Under the pieces are notes generated by a model, which had not been told where the DNA came from, did not search any database, and saw only the letters and a program-made list of their open reading frames with translations. DNA of 64,000 bases, taken from the NCBI GenBank assembly GCA_038331135.1, contig JBBQOS010000001.1, forward strand, positions 9,140 to 73,139, in the 5' to 3' direction. The translations under genes were made by a program, and so were the position numbers. Of the stretch, positions 38,170 to 49,294 are shown piece after piece (position 1 is the stretch's first letter; every line of letters starts with the position of its first letter). The DNA comes from Candidatus Moraniibacteriota bacterium. GTDB lineage: Bacteria; Patescibacteriota; Minisyncoccia; Moranbacterales; UBA9337.

Positions 38170-38832
38170 TCAAACTTTGTTAAAATATTCAATTATCTCC
38201 TCAAAATTATCAACTATCATGTCTGATTGCTTCAAAACCTTTTTGCGAGTTATATTTTCGGTATAAGCGATAAACTTATCTACTACACCAAATTCTCTGG
38301 TCTGATAATCTGTCCAACCATCTCCCACCATAATTAATTCTCCAGCTAGGTTGAGAGCTTTTATTTGATTAACTTTACCATTAGTTTGAGCCATTAAATT
38401 TTCCTTATTCACTCCAGCTAAAATTCCATTTTCATCAAAGACAAACTCATTGGCTAAAATATTCATTAGATGAATTCCCAATATCTCAGCAGTGGGGAAA
38501 ATTAAATCTTTGAATCCTCCAGAAATTATAAAAATATTATCTTTATTATCTTTAAAGAAACTTAAATTATTTAAAACTGAATCAGACAGTTCATCTTTGA
38601 TAATTTGAGCTAAGTCATCAACAACATCTTTATTTGTTTTTATCAGATTAATTCTTCTTTCCAGTGACTCGGGAAAAGTAATTTCTCCATTCATTCCCAT
38701 TTCCGTAATTCTTTTTATCTCCCAGACAATTTCATCCCTGTTTTCATTTTCTGCCAAGGCTAACTCAGCCAACTTATCCAAAGTCTCAATTTTTACCAAC
38801 GTACTATCAAAATCAATTATCAACTTTTTCAT
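38170..38832 (-). CDS. HAD-superfamily hydrolase, phosphoserine phosphatase (SerB)-like
   Basis: Motif I DFDSTL and motif IV GDGWTD. Start chosen at MKKLIIDFD; the track ORF continues upstream into unlikely coding sequence. Confidence 0.65.
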   Translation of the reverse strand: MKKLIIDFDSTLVKIETLDKLAELALAENENRDEIVWEIKRITEMGMNGEITFPESLERRINLIKTNKDVVDDLAQIIKDELSDSVLNNLSFFKDNKDNIFIISGGFKDLIFPTAEILGIHLMNILANEFVFDENGILAGVNKENLMAQTNGKVNQIKALNLAGELIMVGDGWTDYQTREFGVVDKFIAYTENITRKKVLKQSDMIVDNFEEIIEYFNKV

Positions 38833-39226
38833 AATTAATAAATACGCTTCTTCTCCTTTGGGAGAAAGTGCCCAAATGGGCGGATGAGGGTTATTTAGAA
38901 TTACACCTTCCTTTTCTCCGACTTGAGAACAGAGGGGTAAAATTATTTTTTGAACATTTCTCAAATATATGCTATATTTATAGCATATATTAGCGATATT
39001 TATATTATATCCAAAGCTCACATTTGATACAACACTTAATCAACTATACGAAACAAGTTTCGTATATAAAACAGTTATATAAAATCCACTCGCTCCGCTT
39101 CATTTACTTCTCTCCCTAAGATTTTGTATAACGTGCGCGGATACCTCCGCTGTCATACTCCATTCCGATCCGCGGAACTCCGTATAACAACGAACATCCA
39201 ATTAGGGAGTTAATGGTTCTCAAATG

Positions 39227-41086
39227 TTATCCAACAAACTCCAAAATTGATTTTTCAATTCCTTCTTCTGAAAGACCAGCTTCAGCTAGAACTTCATCTC
39301 GGCTACCATGCTCGAGAAATTTATCTGGCAAGCCTAAGTTTTTAACAAAAACTTCTATTTTATTATTCAAGAAAAATTCACCCACTGCGCTTCCTGCTCC
39401 ACCCGTAAAGGTGTTATCCTCAACTGTTATAAAACATTTATGAGTCTGGGAAAGATTTAATAATAATTCTTCATCCAAAGGTTTCACAAATCGCATATCC
39501 ACCAAAGTTGCATCCAATTCTTGGGCAATATTTTTACATCTTTGAAGCATTGTTCCAAAAACTAAGATGGCCGTTTTCTTACCCATTCTTATAACATTAC
39601 CTTTTCCTATAATTATTTCATTATCTATTTTTTTAAAATATTCTTCTGACACTCCACCGCGAGGATAACGCACCATGACTGGACCCTTATGGGCATAACC
39701 CGCTTCCAACATCGCATAACATTCACTTTCATCTGATGGGGACATAATAACTACATCAGGGATTAACCGACTAAAAGATAAATCAAAACTCCCATTATGC
39801 GTAGCACCATCAGCTCCCACAATTCCCGCCCTATCCACTGCAAATAACACATCCAGCTTTTGCAAAGCCACGTCATGAATCAATTGATCATAAGCGCGTT
39901 GTAAAAAAGAAGAATAGATTGCCACTACTGGTTTTTTGCCCGCCACAGCCAAACCAGCCGCAAATGTTACAGCATGTTGTTCAGCAATTCCTACATCATG
40001 ATAGCGACTGTTAAATTTCTTGCAAAAAATATTTAAACCCGAACCATCACACATAGCTGGGGTAACAGCGTGTAAATTTTTATCTTTTTTTGCCCTATCG
40101 CATATCCAGTCGGAAAAAACTTTAGAAAAAGTCAACTTGCTTTTATTATCAGTAATTTTTTCGCCTGTCTTTATATTAAATGGCTTTACTGAATGCAAAG
40201 AAAAACAATCTTTTTCGGCTGGAGCATATCCCTTACCTTTAGTAGTTATGATATGCAAAAATCTAGGACCTTTTATTTTTTTTAAATTTTCCAAAACTTC
40301 CACCAAGGTTTTTACATCGTGTCCGTCAATCGGTCCATAATAACCAAAACCTAATTCTTCAAAAAGTGTTCCAGGCGTAATCATACCCTTTGTGTAAACC
40401 TCGGCTTTACGCACGAATTCTTGCAGTGGAGGAACTGCTCCCAAAAAATCCCGACCCTTCTCTTTTAACTTGTTATATGAAGGAGAAGAAATTAATCGAG
40501 TTAAATATTTACCCATTCCTCCCACATTGGGGGAAATAGACATTTTATTATCATTGAGAATTACCAAGATATCGACCATCGCATCCCCAGCATGGTTAAG
40601 CGCCTCCATCGCCATCCCCCCAGTTAAAGCCCCATCTCCAATTATAGCTACTACGTGAGGATGATTCTTCTTACTTTTATTAGCCATTGCCAAACCAGTG
40701 GCCACACTAATTGAGGTGCTGGAATGACCTACCCCAAAAACATCGTATATACTTTCTTCTTTTTTTGGAAAAGGTGCCAACCCTCCTTTTTTTCTAATAG
40801 TATACAATTTATCTTTTCTACCAGTAAGAATTTTATGCGGATAAGATTGGTGTCCCACATCCCAAATTAAAGCGTCTTTGGGAGTATCAAAGACCTTGTG
40901 CAAGGCCACTGTGAGTTCCACTACGCCCAAATTTGAGCCAAAATGTCCGCCAGTCTTTGCTACGCTCTCTATCAAAAAATTTCGCACATCATTACACAAA
41001 TCTATCAATTTTTTATCAGAAAAATTTTTAAAATCCTGAGGGGTATTTATTTTATCCAACATTTTTTTAGGTTTAGTCTTTTTCAT
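39227..41086 (-). CDS. dxs: 1-deoxy-D-xylulose-5-phosphate synthase
   Basis: GGHFGSNLGVVELTVALH...DVGHQSYPHKILTGR TPP-binding signature. Confidence 0.9.
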   Translation of the reverse strand: MKKTKPKKMLDKINTPQDFKNFSDKKLIDLCNDVRNFLIESVAKTGGHFGSNLGVVELTVALHKVFDTPKDALIWDVGHQSYPHKILTGRKDKLYTIRKKGGLAPFPKKEESIYDVFGVGHSSTSISVATGLAMANKSKKNHPHVVAIIGDGALTGGMAMEALNHAGDAMVDILVILNDNKMSISPNVGGMGKYLTRLISSPSYNKLKEKGRDFLGAVPPLQEFVRKAEVYTKGMITPGTLFEELGFGYYGPIDGHDVKTLVEVLENLKKIKGPRFLHIITTKGKGYAPAEKDCFSLHSVKPFNIKTGEKITDNKSKLTFSKVFSDWICDRAKKDKNLHAVTPAMCDGSGLNIFCKKFNSRYHDVGIAEQHAVTFAAGLAVAGKKPVVAIYSSFLQRAYDQLIHDVALQKLDVLFAVDRAGIVGADGATHNGSFDLSFSRLIPDVVIMSPSDESECYAMLEAGYAHKGPVMVRYPRGGVSEEYFKKIDNEIIIGKGNVIRMGKKTAILVFGTMLQRCKNIAQELDATLVDMRFVKPLDEELLLNLSQTHKCFITVEDNTFTGGAGSAVGEFFLNNKIEVFVKNLGLPDKFLEHGSRDEVLAEAGLSEEGIEKSILEFVG

Positions 41087-41090
41087 AAAG

Positions 41091-42563
41091 TTACTTTATA
41101 AAATATAAAATTCCCCCTGTTGTAATGGCGCTTATTATAAATATTATCGCGCCCCAGCCGAAAAAATTTACCCATATTGGATTAGTTTCTCGGCCCATTA
41201 TTTTTTTATCATTACCCACCACCATTATAGCAATTAAAAGTGGCAACGATATTATTCCATTCAAAAAAGCTGCATAATAAAGTGCCATTATTGGATTGAT
41301 ATTGAGAAGATTCAGACTTAACCCTACTAAAATTGAAAATATTATAACCAAATAAAAACCCTTGGCGTGAGAAAATTTATTATCCAATCCTTCGCGCCAC
41401 TTCATCACCTCTGCGAGAGCATAAGCTCCACTTCCAGCCAGTATCGGTACTGCCAAAAGTCCAGTTCCAATTATTCCAAAAGCAAACAATAAATAAGCGT
41501 AGTCACCAGCTAGGGGTCGCAGAGCTTCGGCTGCCTGTTGAGCTGATTCTATATCATGCATGCCATTCTTAAACAAAACTTGAGCCGTAGTCAATACTAT
41601 AAAAAAGAAAACTAAATTCGCCAAAATCATCCCAGTCCCCACGTCAGTTCTCATTTTATTAATCCTAACATGATTGTTAATTTTAAATTTTTCATGCATT
41701 AATTTTTGCACTTTTTTCTTAAATTTATTTTCCTCAACTTCGCCAGAAGCTTGCCAAAAAAATAAATAAGGAGTAATGCTAGTGCCAAAAATAGCTATGA
41801 CAGCAAAAACATATTCCTTGCTAAAGACAATATGTGGAATGAAAGAAAAACTCAAAATTTCTCGCCACTGGGGATTAATTATTATACCCGTTACAATATA
41901 AGCTAAAACTGAAAAAGCTAGCCATTTTAAAATTCTTACATAGACATAATAACCGACAAAAACCTCCAGCATAATAATTAAAATTGCAAAAAAAATAGCT
42001 GCCACATAAAAATTTATATTGGTTAACATTTGTAACGATGCAGCCATAGCGCCTAAGTCAGCTCCAATATTGACTACGTTGGCAATAATTAACAATATTA
42101 CTATCACTGTGACTATTTTTTTTCGATAATGTTTTTGCAACACTCCAGCTAAACCTCTATTAGTCACGATGCCGATTCTGGCACAAACTTCTTGAATAGC
42201 CATCATCATTGGAAGCAACCAAGCAGCCATCCAAATAATTCCCAATCCAAACTTAGCCCCCACGGATGAATAAGTTCCGATTCCGCTCGGATCATCATCG
42301 GACGCTCCCGTAATAAAACCAGGCCCCATGGCACGGAAAAAATAATAACTCTTAATCCAAGGTTTTTCAATTATTTTAACAAACCTCATCACTTCTGATT
42401 CCGATACTCGCACTATTCCATTCTCATCGTTGATTGCTTTAACTTCTTTCCAGGAAATTAATTTTTTAGCCAAAATCAATGGGATGCCAGCTTTATGACG
42501 AAACTCTGAAAGGGTGAAAAAATTTTCGGTGTTTAAATTATTTTTATTTGCTACTTTAGCCAT
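41091..42563 (-). CDS. mntH: Nramp-family divalent metal transporter (MntH-like) with N-terminal soluble extension
   Basis: GPGFITGASDDDPSG and ARIGIVTNRGLA Nramp motifs. Polytopic. Confidence 0.75.
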   Translation of the reverse strand: MAKVANKNNLNTENFFTLSEFRHKAGIPLILAKKLISWKEVKAINDENGIVRVSESEVMRFVKIIEKPWIKSYYFFRAMGPGFITGASDDDPSGIGTYSSVGAKFGLGIIWMAAWLLPMMMAIQEVCARIGIVTNRGLAGVLQKHYRKKIVTVIVILLIIANVVNIGADLGAMAASLQMLTNINFYVAAIFFAILIIMLEVFVGYYVYVRILKWLAFSVLAYIVTGIIINPQWREILSFSFIPHIVFSKEYVFAVIAIFGTSITPYLFFWQASGEVEENKFKKKVQKLMHEKFKINNHVRINKMRTDVGTGMILANLVFFFIVLTTAQVLFKNGMHDIESAQQAAEALRPLAGDYAYLLFAFGIIGTGLLAVPILAGSGAYALAEVMKWREGLDNKFSHAKGFYLVIIFSILVGLSLNLLNINPIMALYYAAFLNGIISLPLLIAIMVVGNDKKIMGRETNPIWVNFFGWGAIIFIISAITTGGILYFIK

Positions 42564-42686
42564 GTTTTTATTTTAAGTTTATTATTTTTAAAATTTCATC
42601 AAAATCTAAAAAAATTAACATATCTTTTAGTACTGCTATTATGAGGGACAAAGTCCCCAAATAAGGGTTCAGATCCTATCAAATTA

Positions 42687-43622
42687 TTAAAATCTAAATT
42701 CTTGCACTTTATTTTTAAATTTTTCAAAAACTTCCGGACCTTGAGGATTGGGCAGAAAAATCAAAGCATTTTCATCTACATCAATTAAACTATTTTCGTT
42801 ATTAGTTTTTGGATTTTCTTTAATTTTTTTAGTTTCTAATTTCTCCAAGTATCTTTCCAAAAAATCGTAATCAAATAAATTTTCTGCCAAAGCTCTTGTA
42901 AATTTAGTAATTACCGTATCTCCAGAACTACATAAATTATCCATAAGTGATAAATAATAGTTAGGCTTATATTTTCTAATCCAGTGATTTTTTAATTGAA
43001 ATCTTTTGAAATAATTTTTGGCATCAAAAAGAGGAAAACAAAAAAAATACTCATTAGCTGAATAAAGATCCTTATTCCTAATCTCCAAAGAGTTGGTAGT
43101 AATAAAATAATTAAAACATACTCTGTTTATTATTTTATCATGATGTCTCCTTTTTCCAAAAAAATGAGCTAGCAAAGTTATCAGAGTTCTTCCTATCCAA
43201 ATTCTTCTTTCCTTCAAGACCACCATCACATCCCAGTCGCTCTTGGGATGAGCGTTTCTCATTGCTAGCTTCCCTGTAACTAAAATCATTCTAACAAAAG
43301 GAGCGCTTCGCAATAATCCCACAATTCTTTTCATTTTTTTTATTTTCAGAAGAGAAATCTTGCTTCTATTTATTCGATCTCGCACCAAATTATTTTTTCC
43401 CCTCAAAAAATACATACCGTCCTCGCTATCAATAAATCTTTTCAAATCAGGATCTTCTAAACTCAAAAGAATATTTTTTAATGTAATTTTAATATTGCCT
43501 TCCGTATTAATTTCTTCATTTGCTAAAAGATGTTTCCAAACTTCAAAAAGGGTCAATGGATAATTCAAAACATCATAATAGCAAAAAGTGTTGAGGATAT
43601 TTTTTTTGAAATCGTCACCCAT
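42687..43622 (-). CDS. nucleotidyltransferase-fold protein, hypothetical
   Basis: Pol-beta-like NTase motif TGKLAMRNAHPKSDWDVMVV. Confidence 0.45.
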   Translation of the reverse strand: MGDDFKKNILNTFCYYDVLNYPLTLFEVWKHLLANEEINTEGNIKITLKNILLSLEDPDLKRFIDSEDGMYFLRGKNNLVRDRINRSKISLLKIKKMKRIVGLLRSAPFVRMILVTGKLAMRNAHPKSDWDVMVVLKERRIWIGRTLITLLAHFFGKRRHHDKIINRVCFNYFITTNSLEIRNKDLYSANEYFFCFPLFDAKNYFKRFQLKNHWIRKYKPNYYLSLMDNLCSSGDTVITKFTRALAENLFDYDFLERYLEKLETKKIKENPKTNNENSLIDVDENALIFLPNPQGPEVFEKFKNKVQEFRF

Positions 43623-43683
43623 ACAATTATTTTTATGCTAAAAACAAAAACTGTTTACAAATATAATGCCCCCATTTTAGTTA

Positions 43684-46482
43684 TTATAAAAACTTTCCAG
43701 TAGGACTATCCTTTTTACTCTTTAATTTATCCGGCAAACCCTCAAAAACTATCTTGCCACCATCATTACCACCATCAGGACCCAGCTCAATTACCCAATC
43801 TGCACCTTTTATCACGTCTGTATTATGTTCCACTATTAAAACTGAGTTTCCCTTTTCTACAAGAGCATCACAAACATTTAATAATTTTCGAATATCATCA
43901 AAATGTAAACCAACAGTTGGTTCATCTAAAATATACAACGTTCTTCCGCTTGATTTTCGAGCCAACTCGGTAGCTAATTTTATTCGCTGCGCCTCACCAC
44001 CAGAAAGTTCTATCGCGCTTTGCCCCAATTTTAAATATCCCAATCCCACTTCTTCCATAATCCTTAATTTTTCATAAATCAAATTATGTTTTTTAAAAAA
44101 TCTAGAAGCATAGCTAACGCTCATCTCAAGAATTTCTGAAATGTTAGCCCCTTGATATTCTATTTCCAATGTTTTTTTATTATAGCGAGTGCCTTCGCAA
44201 GACTCACATTCCACATACATATCTGGTAAAAGATGCATTTCTATTTTTTTCTTACCATCCCCTTGACAGACATCACATCGTCCGCCTTTCATGTTGAAAC
44301 TAAAACGACTAGCACTATAATGTCTAATTTGTGACTCTTCCTCCTGAGCAAACAATTCTCGAATATGAGAAAAAACTCCGGTATAAGTAGCCGCATTTGA
44401 TCTAGGAGTTTTACCTATCGGAGATTGCGTAACGTTGACGACTTTATTAATGTTCTTTAAACCCTTAATTGATTTGTGCGCTCCGGGCTGAGCCTTGGAA
44501 TTATAAAAATATCTATTTAGCACACGAGCTAAAATATCATTTACTAAAGTAGATTTTCCGCTACCAGAAACTCCACAAATAACCACCATTCTTTCTAGGG
44601 GAATGCTTACTGAAATGTTTTTCAAATTATGTTCTGTAGCACCAACAATTTCTATAAATTTATCTGATTTTTTACGTTTATTACTCTTTTCAAAAACTTT
44701 TTTCCTCTCTGTCAAATATTGAGCAGTTCCAGTTTTGCTTTTCAACATCTTATTTATCTCTCCGCTAAAAATAACCTCTCCTCCTTCTTCCCCTGCCCCT
44801 TTGCCCATATCTATTATCCAATCAGCCTCCTTGATAAAATCCCGATCATGCTCAACTACTATTAAAGAGTTATCTCTATCTCTCAACGATTTTATGGTAT
44901 CAATTAGCCTTTTATTGTCTCGGCTATGCAAACCGATTGATGGTTCATCTAAGACATAAATTATTCCTGTTAATTTTGATTTTATTTGAGTAGCCAATCT
45001 TATTCTTTGAGATTCTCCTCCGGAAATAGTTTGAGTTCCACGGCCCAAACTGAGATAACCCAAGCCGACATTTTCCAATATCTCCAACCTGCTAAAAATT
45101 TCACCCACCAGCGTAGATATTATTTTATTATTTGCTTTTTCACTTTTGAATTTTTTTAAGTATTCTATCAATGATTCTATGTCCATATTAATCCAATCAT
45201 TAATAGATTTTCCGTCAATAAAAATATTCACAAATTCATTTCTTAAACGCTTGCCATCACAAACAGGACAAGTTTCACTAGTCATATATCTCTCAATCTC
45301 AGTTCTGGCATGATCTGATTTGGTATTTCTGTATTTATCCTCCATCATTCCAATTACGCCGTCAAATTCAAAATTATGATCTCCATAAAGAATTATATCC
45401 AAATACTTTTTTGATAATTTATTCACCGAAACATTCAAAGAAAATCCTATTTTTTTAGATAAACTTTCCAATAATTGCATACCCTGCCCACTGTTGCCAT
45501 TTCTACCTCTTACGCTCCCCCAAGGCTTTATTGCCCCTTCCGCCAAAGATAACTTCTTGTTAGAAATAACTAAATCTGGAGAAATTTTCATCTTTACTCC
45601 AAGACCGGAGCACTCCAAACAAGCTCCTTCTGGATTGTTGAAAGAAAAGTGTCTGGGAGTTATTTCTTTTATTTTAACTCCACAATCGCCACAAACGAAA
45701 TCTCTGTTATACAAAGATACATCTTTATTATCCAAGGCAATCTTCATTGAACCAGAACCTATTTTCATGGCTGTTTCGATTGAATCCATTATTCGCTCCT
45801 CGTCTAAATTTTTTAAAGTTAAAACTATCCTATCTATAACAATATCTACTGTTGATGTAGCTTCCCGCTCTTTAATTAAGGAGAAAGCCTCTTCAATAGT
45901 TAATATTTTTTCATCAATTCTTACTCGAGCATAACCTAACTGACTTATATGATTTAAATTTTCTATAATATTTTTTTCTTTTTTATTATAAGGAGAAAGA
46001 ATAAATAGCATAGATTTGTCTGGCATTTTCTTTATTTCAGTCAAGATATCTTTATTGCTTTTCTTTTCCATTAAAACCCCACAAATAGGGCAGTGTGGTT
46101 CTCCTATATTAGCGAATAAAATTCTTAAATAATCATATATCTCCGTTAGCGTCCCGACTGTAGAACGCGGGCTTCTAACGACGCTTTTTTGATCAATGGA
46201 TATAGGTGGACTAAGATTTTCTATGCTATCTACATCAGGCTTAGAAGAAACATCTAAAAAACTCCTAGCATAAGAACTCATTCCTTCCACATAACGCCTA
46301 TTTCCTTCTACAAAAATTGTATCAAAAGCCAATGAAGATTTTCCGCTGCCAGAAAGTCCTGTAATTACTACAAATTTATTTTTAGGGATATCAATATCAA
46401 TATTCTTTAAATTATTCACTCTCGCACCTCTAACTAAAATAAAATCTTTTTTATTTTTATCTTTCGCTTTATTGTTTTTCAT
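43684..46482 (-). CDS. uvrA: excinuclease ABC subunit A
   Basis: Two ABC cassettes ([29 protein letters not shown]) and zinc fingers. Confidence 0.95.
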   Translation of the reverse strand: MKNNKAKDKNKKDFILVRGARVNNLKNIDIDIPKNKFVVITGLSGSGKSSLAFDTIFVEGNRRYVEGMSSYARSFLDVSSKPDVDSIENLSPPISIDQKSVVRSPRSTVGTLTEIYDYLRILFANIGEPHCPICGVLMEKKSNKDILTEIKKMPDKSMLFILSPYNKKEKNIIENLNHISQLGYARVRIDEKILTIEEAFSLIKEREATSTVDIVIDRIVLTLKNLDEERIMDSIETAMKIGSGSMKIALDNKDVSLYNRDFVCGDCGVKIKEITPRHFSFNNPEGACLECSGLGVKMKISPDLVISNKKLSLAEGAIKPWGSVRGRNGNSGQGMQLLESLSKKIGFSLNVSVNKLSKKYLDIILYGDHNFEFDGVIGMMEDKYRNTKSDHARTEIERYMTSETCPVCDGKRLRNEFVNIFIDGKSINDWINMDIESLIEYLKKFKSEKANNKIISTLVGEIFSRLEILENVGLGYLSLGRGTQTISGGESQRIRLATQIKSKLTGIIYVLDEPSIGLHSRDNKRLIDTIKSLRDRDNSLIVVEHDRDFIKEADWIIDMGKGAGEEGGEVIFSGEINKMLKSKTGTAQYLTERKKVFEKSNKRKKSDKFIEIVGATEHNLKNISVSIPLERMVVICGVSGSGKSTLVNDILARVLNRYFYNSKAQPGAHKSIKGLKNINKVVNVTQSPIGKTPRSNAATYTGVFSHIRELFAQEEESQIRHYSASRFSFNMKGGRCDVCQGDGKKKIEMHLLPDMYVECESCEGTRYNKKTLEIEYQGANISEILEMSVSYASRFFKKHNLIYEKLRIMEEVGLGYLKLGQSAIELSGGEAQRIKLATELARKSSGRTLYILDEPTVGLHFDDIRKLLNVCDALVEKGNSVLIVEHNTDVIKGADWVIELGPDGGNDGGKIVFEGLPDKLKSKKDSPTGKFL

Positions 46483-46936
46483 TATGTTTAATTTAAATTA
46501 CCGCTCGGGGCCATTTAAAAATTTAGGTGTTATCTAATTAAAAATTTTATCACAAAAATTGAGGGATGTAAACAGGCGGTCTTTCTTACTAATTACGAAT
46601 CAATACAAATTTACAAATTAAAAATTTTGATATCTCCATTCTTAAGTTCCCAGATTCTTGAATATAGTTCTCATGTTCGTATATTTGTATTGATTCGTAA
46701 TTCGTAAAAAAGTAATTAGTACAGATCCGAATATTACGCCTTAAATAAGGGTTTTTGTCTAGTTGACTATGATTCACTATTAAACTAAACTAAAGAAACA
46801 ATAGGACAAACAGGCTCAAGTGCCAAAAGTCAATTGTTAGTTTTGTTTCTATTTTTAAACAAAACTAAAAGCTTCAATGCAAGCTGCACCTTAAAAATTA
46901 AACGTTGTCAGAAAATGGCAACCACTAGAAAGGTAG

Positions 46937-47620
46937 GTGAAAAAAATAATGAATAATGATTTTAATCATGATGATATGAATGAAACTGAAGAGCCCACTG
47001 CTTTACAAAAATTTAAAGAATGGCTACAGGAAAATCTTCGAATTATAGTTAGTGTTTTGATAGTTTTTTTAATTGCCTCATCAATTTACTCCTATTCCAA
47101 AAGAGGTGCTGAAAATACTCAAATAGCCAAAGATAGCAATGAACTAGAAGATATTTTAACTAATCTATCCTCTGAAGATGCCACTGATGAAACAGAAACT
47201 CCAGCTGAACCTGAAGATGGAAAAGATGAAGTTGCAACCACAACTCCTGAAGCTCCTACAAAAGTAGAAGCACCTCAAGCAGAGCCTCAAAAAGAAGCTC
47301 CTCAACAAGCAACTGAAGCCAGAGAGACAGAGAATTCTTTTGTCGAAACAGCTCAGCGTGGTGACGGTACAACACATCTAGCCAGAAGAGCTTTGGCTCA
47401 TTACTTAGAAAAGAATGCTGACTCAAGCCTAACGGCTGAACACAAAATTTATATCGAAGATTACCTTCGCAAAAATGTTTCCGCAACAGGACACATTACG
47501 GTTAGTACCTCAGTTGAATTTTCCAAAAGTTTGATCAAACAAGCAATTGACGCTTCAAAAAATTTAAATGATGCTCAATTGAAAAACTTACAAAAATACT
47601 CAGCTAATGTTAATTTCTAG
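46937..47620 (+). CDS. membrane-anchored protein with P/E/A-rich low-complexity linker, hypothetical
   Basis: TM helix near the N-terminus. PEAPTKVEAPQAEPQKEAPQQ repeats. Confidence 0.5.
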   Translation: MKKIMNNDFNHDDMNETEEPTALQKFKEWLQENLRIIVSVLIVFLIASSIYSYSKRGAENTQIAKDSNELEDILTNLSSEDATDETETPAEPEDGKDEVATTTPEAPTKVEAPQAEPQKEAPQQATEARETENSFVETAQRGDGTTHLARRALAHYLEKNADSSLTAEHKIYIEDYLRKNVSATGHITVSTSVEFSKSLIKQAIDASKNLNDAQLKNLQKYSANVNF

Positions 47621-47936
47621 AAATTTTCAGAAGAACTAAAAAATAACTATAGAACATAAAGACCTTTATATAATTAAAACCCCGGCAACGACTGGGGTTT
47701 TAATATTGAAAAAATTAGATATCTATCTACAATTGCCAGCCTGTTTTGTTAAATACCTTCGCGAATAAAAACAACTAGCAACACTGCAAGCTTCTATCTT
47801 GCCAATCTTGCGGGTTTTACCAGGCTTCACCTGCCTACGTAACATCCAGAAGCGGTAATTTTTCTATCTAGAAAGCACACCAAACCTCATGCTGGTATCT
47901 CCCCATAACAAATGAAAAATAAATTCCTAAAAAAAT

Positions 47937-49055
47937 TTACTTCTTTTTTTTCATATAATACAATCTTTGCTTTTCTGGCAACTTTTCTAGCGAATAACGC
48001 AGCATCGTTCGAGGCATGACCAGGGCATGTTTATCCAAAAATTTTATCAATTCTGTTAAATTTCGCTTACCTATCTCTCGCAGCATCCAGCCCGTGGCCT
48101 TATGAATTAAGTCTTCCTTGTCTTGCAATAACATTTTTGCTAATTTCAAAGCATCTTTAAAATCTTTATTTTTTAAAAAATAAAAGGTAGCTAAAATGGC
48201 GATTCTTCTTTCCCATAATTTTTTTGAATTAACCAATTTATAAAGTACCGCCCTATCTCCTCCTCTTTCCCAAAGATATCTACCCACGATATTGGGCACA
48301 GTCAAGTCTACTAGGTCCCAATTATTGACTGCTTTTAAATTTTTTAGATAAAATCGATAAATTTTTTGACGTAGTTTATCATCTCCTTTTTCATATTTGT
48401 AAGTTAAGATCAAAAGTCCTATCATCCTGCAGTCGTGATATTCACTTTTTAACAATTGCTTGATGCAGCTAAAGTTAAGCATACTAAATCTTTTGGCAAT
48501 TTCTCTTTGAATCGGCATTATTAATCCTAAAAATTTATCCCCTTGTCCATATTGACCTTCACCTGTTTTAAAAAAACCAGACAAAACTACTGCTTTTTCT
48601 TTATTTCTATATTTATCTATTTCTTTAGCAATATCTTTAAATTTCATAATTTTATTTTTTAGTTTTGATGATTTGTATATTTGTGGATGATAAGATTTTA
48701 ATCTAACAATTTCTGTTTTTTCTAAGTCAAGTCTAAAAAGCTCATCTTTTAATTCATCAATAAAAAACCTCTGATCATAACCTAAGCAAATAACTGCTGG
48801 CTTATGTTTTTTTATTACTCCATATTTATTTTTTAATTCTCCCAAAATGACACTGTCGGACAAATTGCTAATTTTAATTGATTTAGCCCTATCAGTTTCT
48901 TTGTTTTGCGGAAACTCCCCTTTCACTTTTTTTACTGTTTTATCGCGTGCTACTACCACAATTAAATAATCTCCGTATTTTCGAGCTTGTTTTAAAAAAT
49001 TAACATGACCCTTGTGAAAAATATCAAAAGTTCCAAAAATCATTACTTTTTTCAT
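47937..49055 (-). CDS. fusion protein: HxGH-type nucleotidyl(cytidylyl)transferase domain plus AlkD/AlkC-like DNA alkylation repair (HEAT-repeat) domain
   Basis: N-terminus GTFDIFHKGH (HxGH NTase). C-terminus KATGWMLREIGK, characteristic of DNA_alkylation family glycosylases. Confidence 0.6.
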   Translation of the reverse strand: MKKVMIFGTFDIFHKGHVNFLKQARKYGDYLIVVVARDKTVKKVKGEFPQNKETDRAKSIKISNLSDSVILGELKNKYGVIKKHKPAVICLGYDQRFFIDELKDELFRLDLEKTEIVRLKSYHPQIYKSSKLKNKIMKFKDIAKEIDKYRNKEKAVVLSGFFKTGEGQYGQGDKFLGLIMPIQREIAKRFSMLNFSCIKQLLKSEYHDCRMIGLLILTYKYEKGDDKLRQKIYRFYLKNLKAVNNWDLVDLTVPNIVGRYLWERGGDRAVLYKLVNSKKLWERRIAILATFYFLKNKDFKDALKLAKMLLQDKEDLIHKATGWMLREIGKRNLTELIKFLDKHALVMPRTMLRYSLEKLPEKQRLYYMKKKK

Positions 49056-49294
49056 AATTATATTCCCTTATTCTCTCGCCAGTTTCTAAATTTATTACTC
49101 TTTTTTACTGAACCACCAAATTGTGATAGCACCTAACGACTTTGGAAATTACTTTTTCAATCAAAAGCTCCCCCACCTTTAAATCATCTTGGAGTTTCAA
49201 TCTTATTTTTCCAAAATATTAAATCTGTTTATTTAAAAATTCCCTATGAAAGCATATGACATAATAATAAATACCAAAAAGATTTGACTAATCG

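Noticed and set aside
46589-46777. 62-aa ORF on minus strand
   Set aside because: It spans the long inverted-repeat element and has no start context. More likely a non-coding structure.
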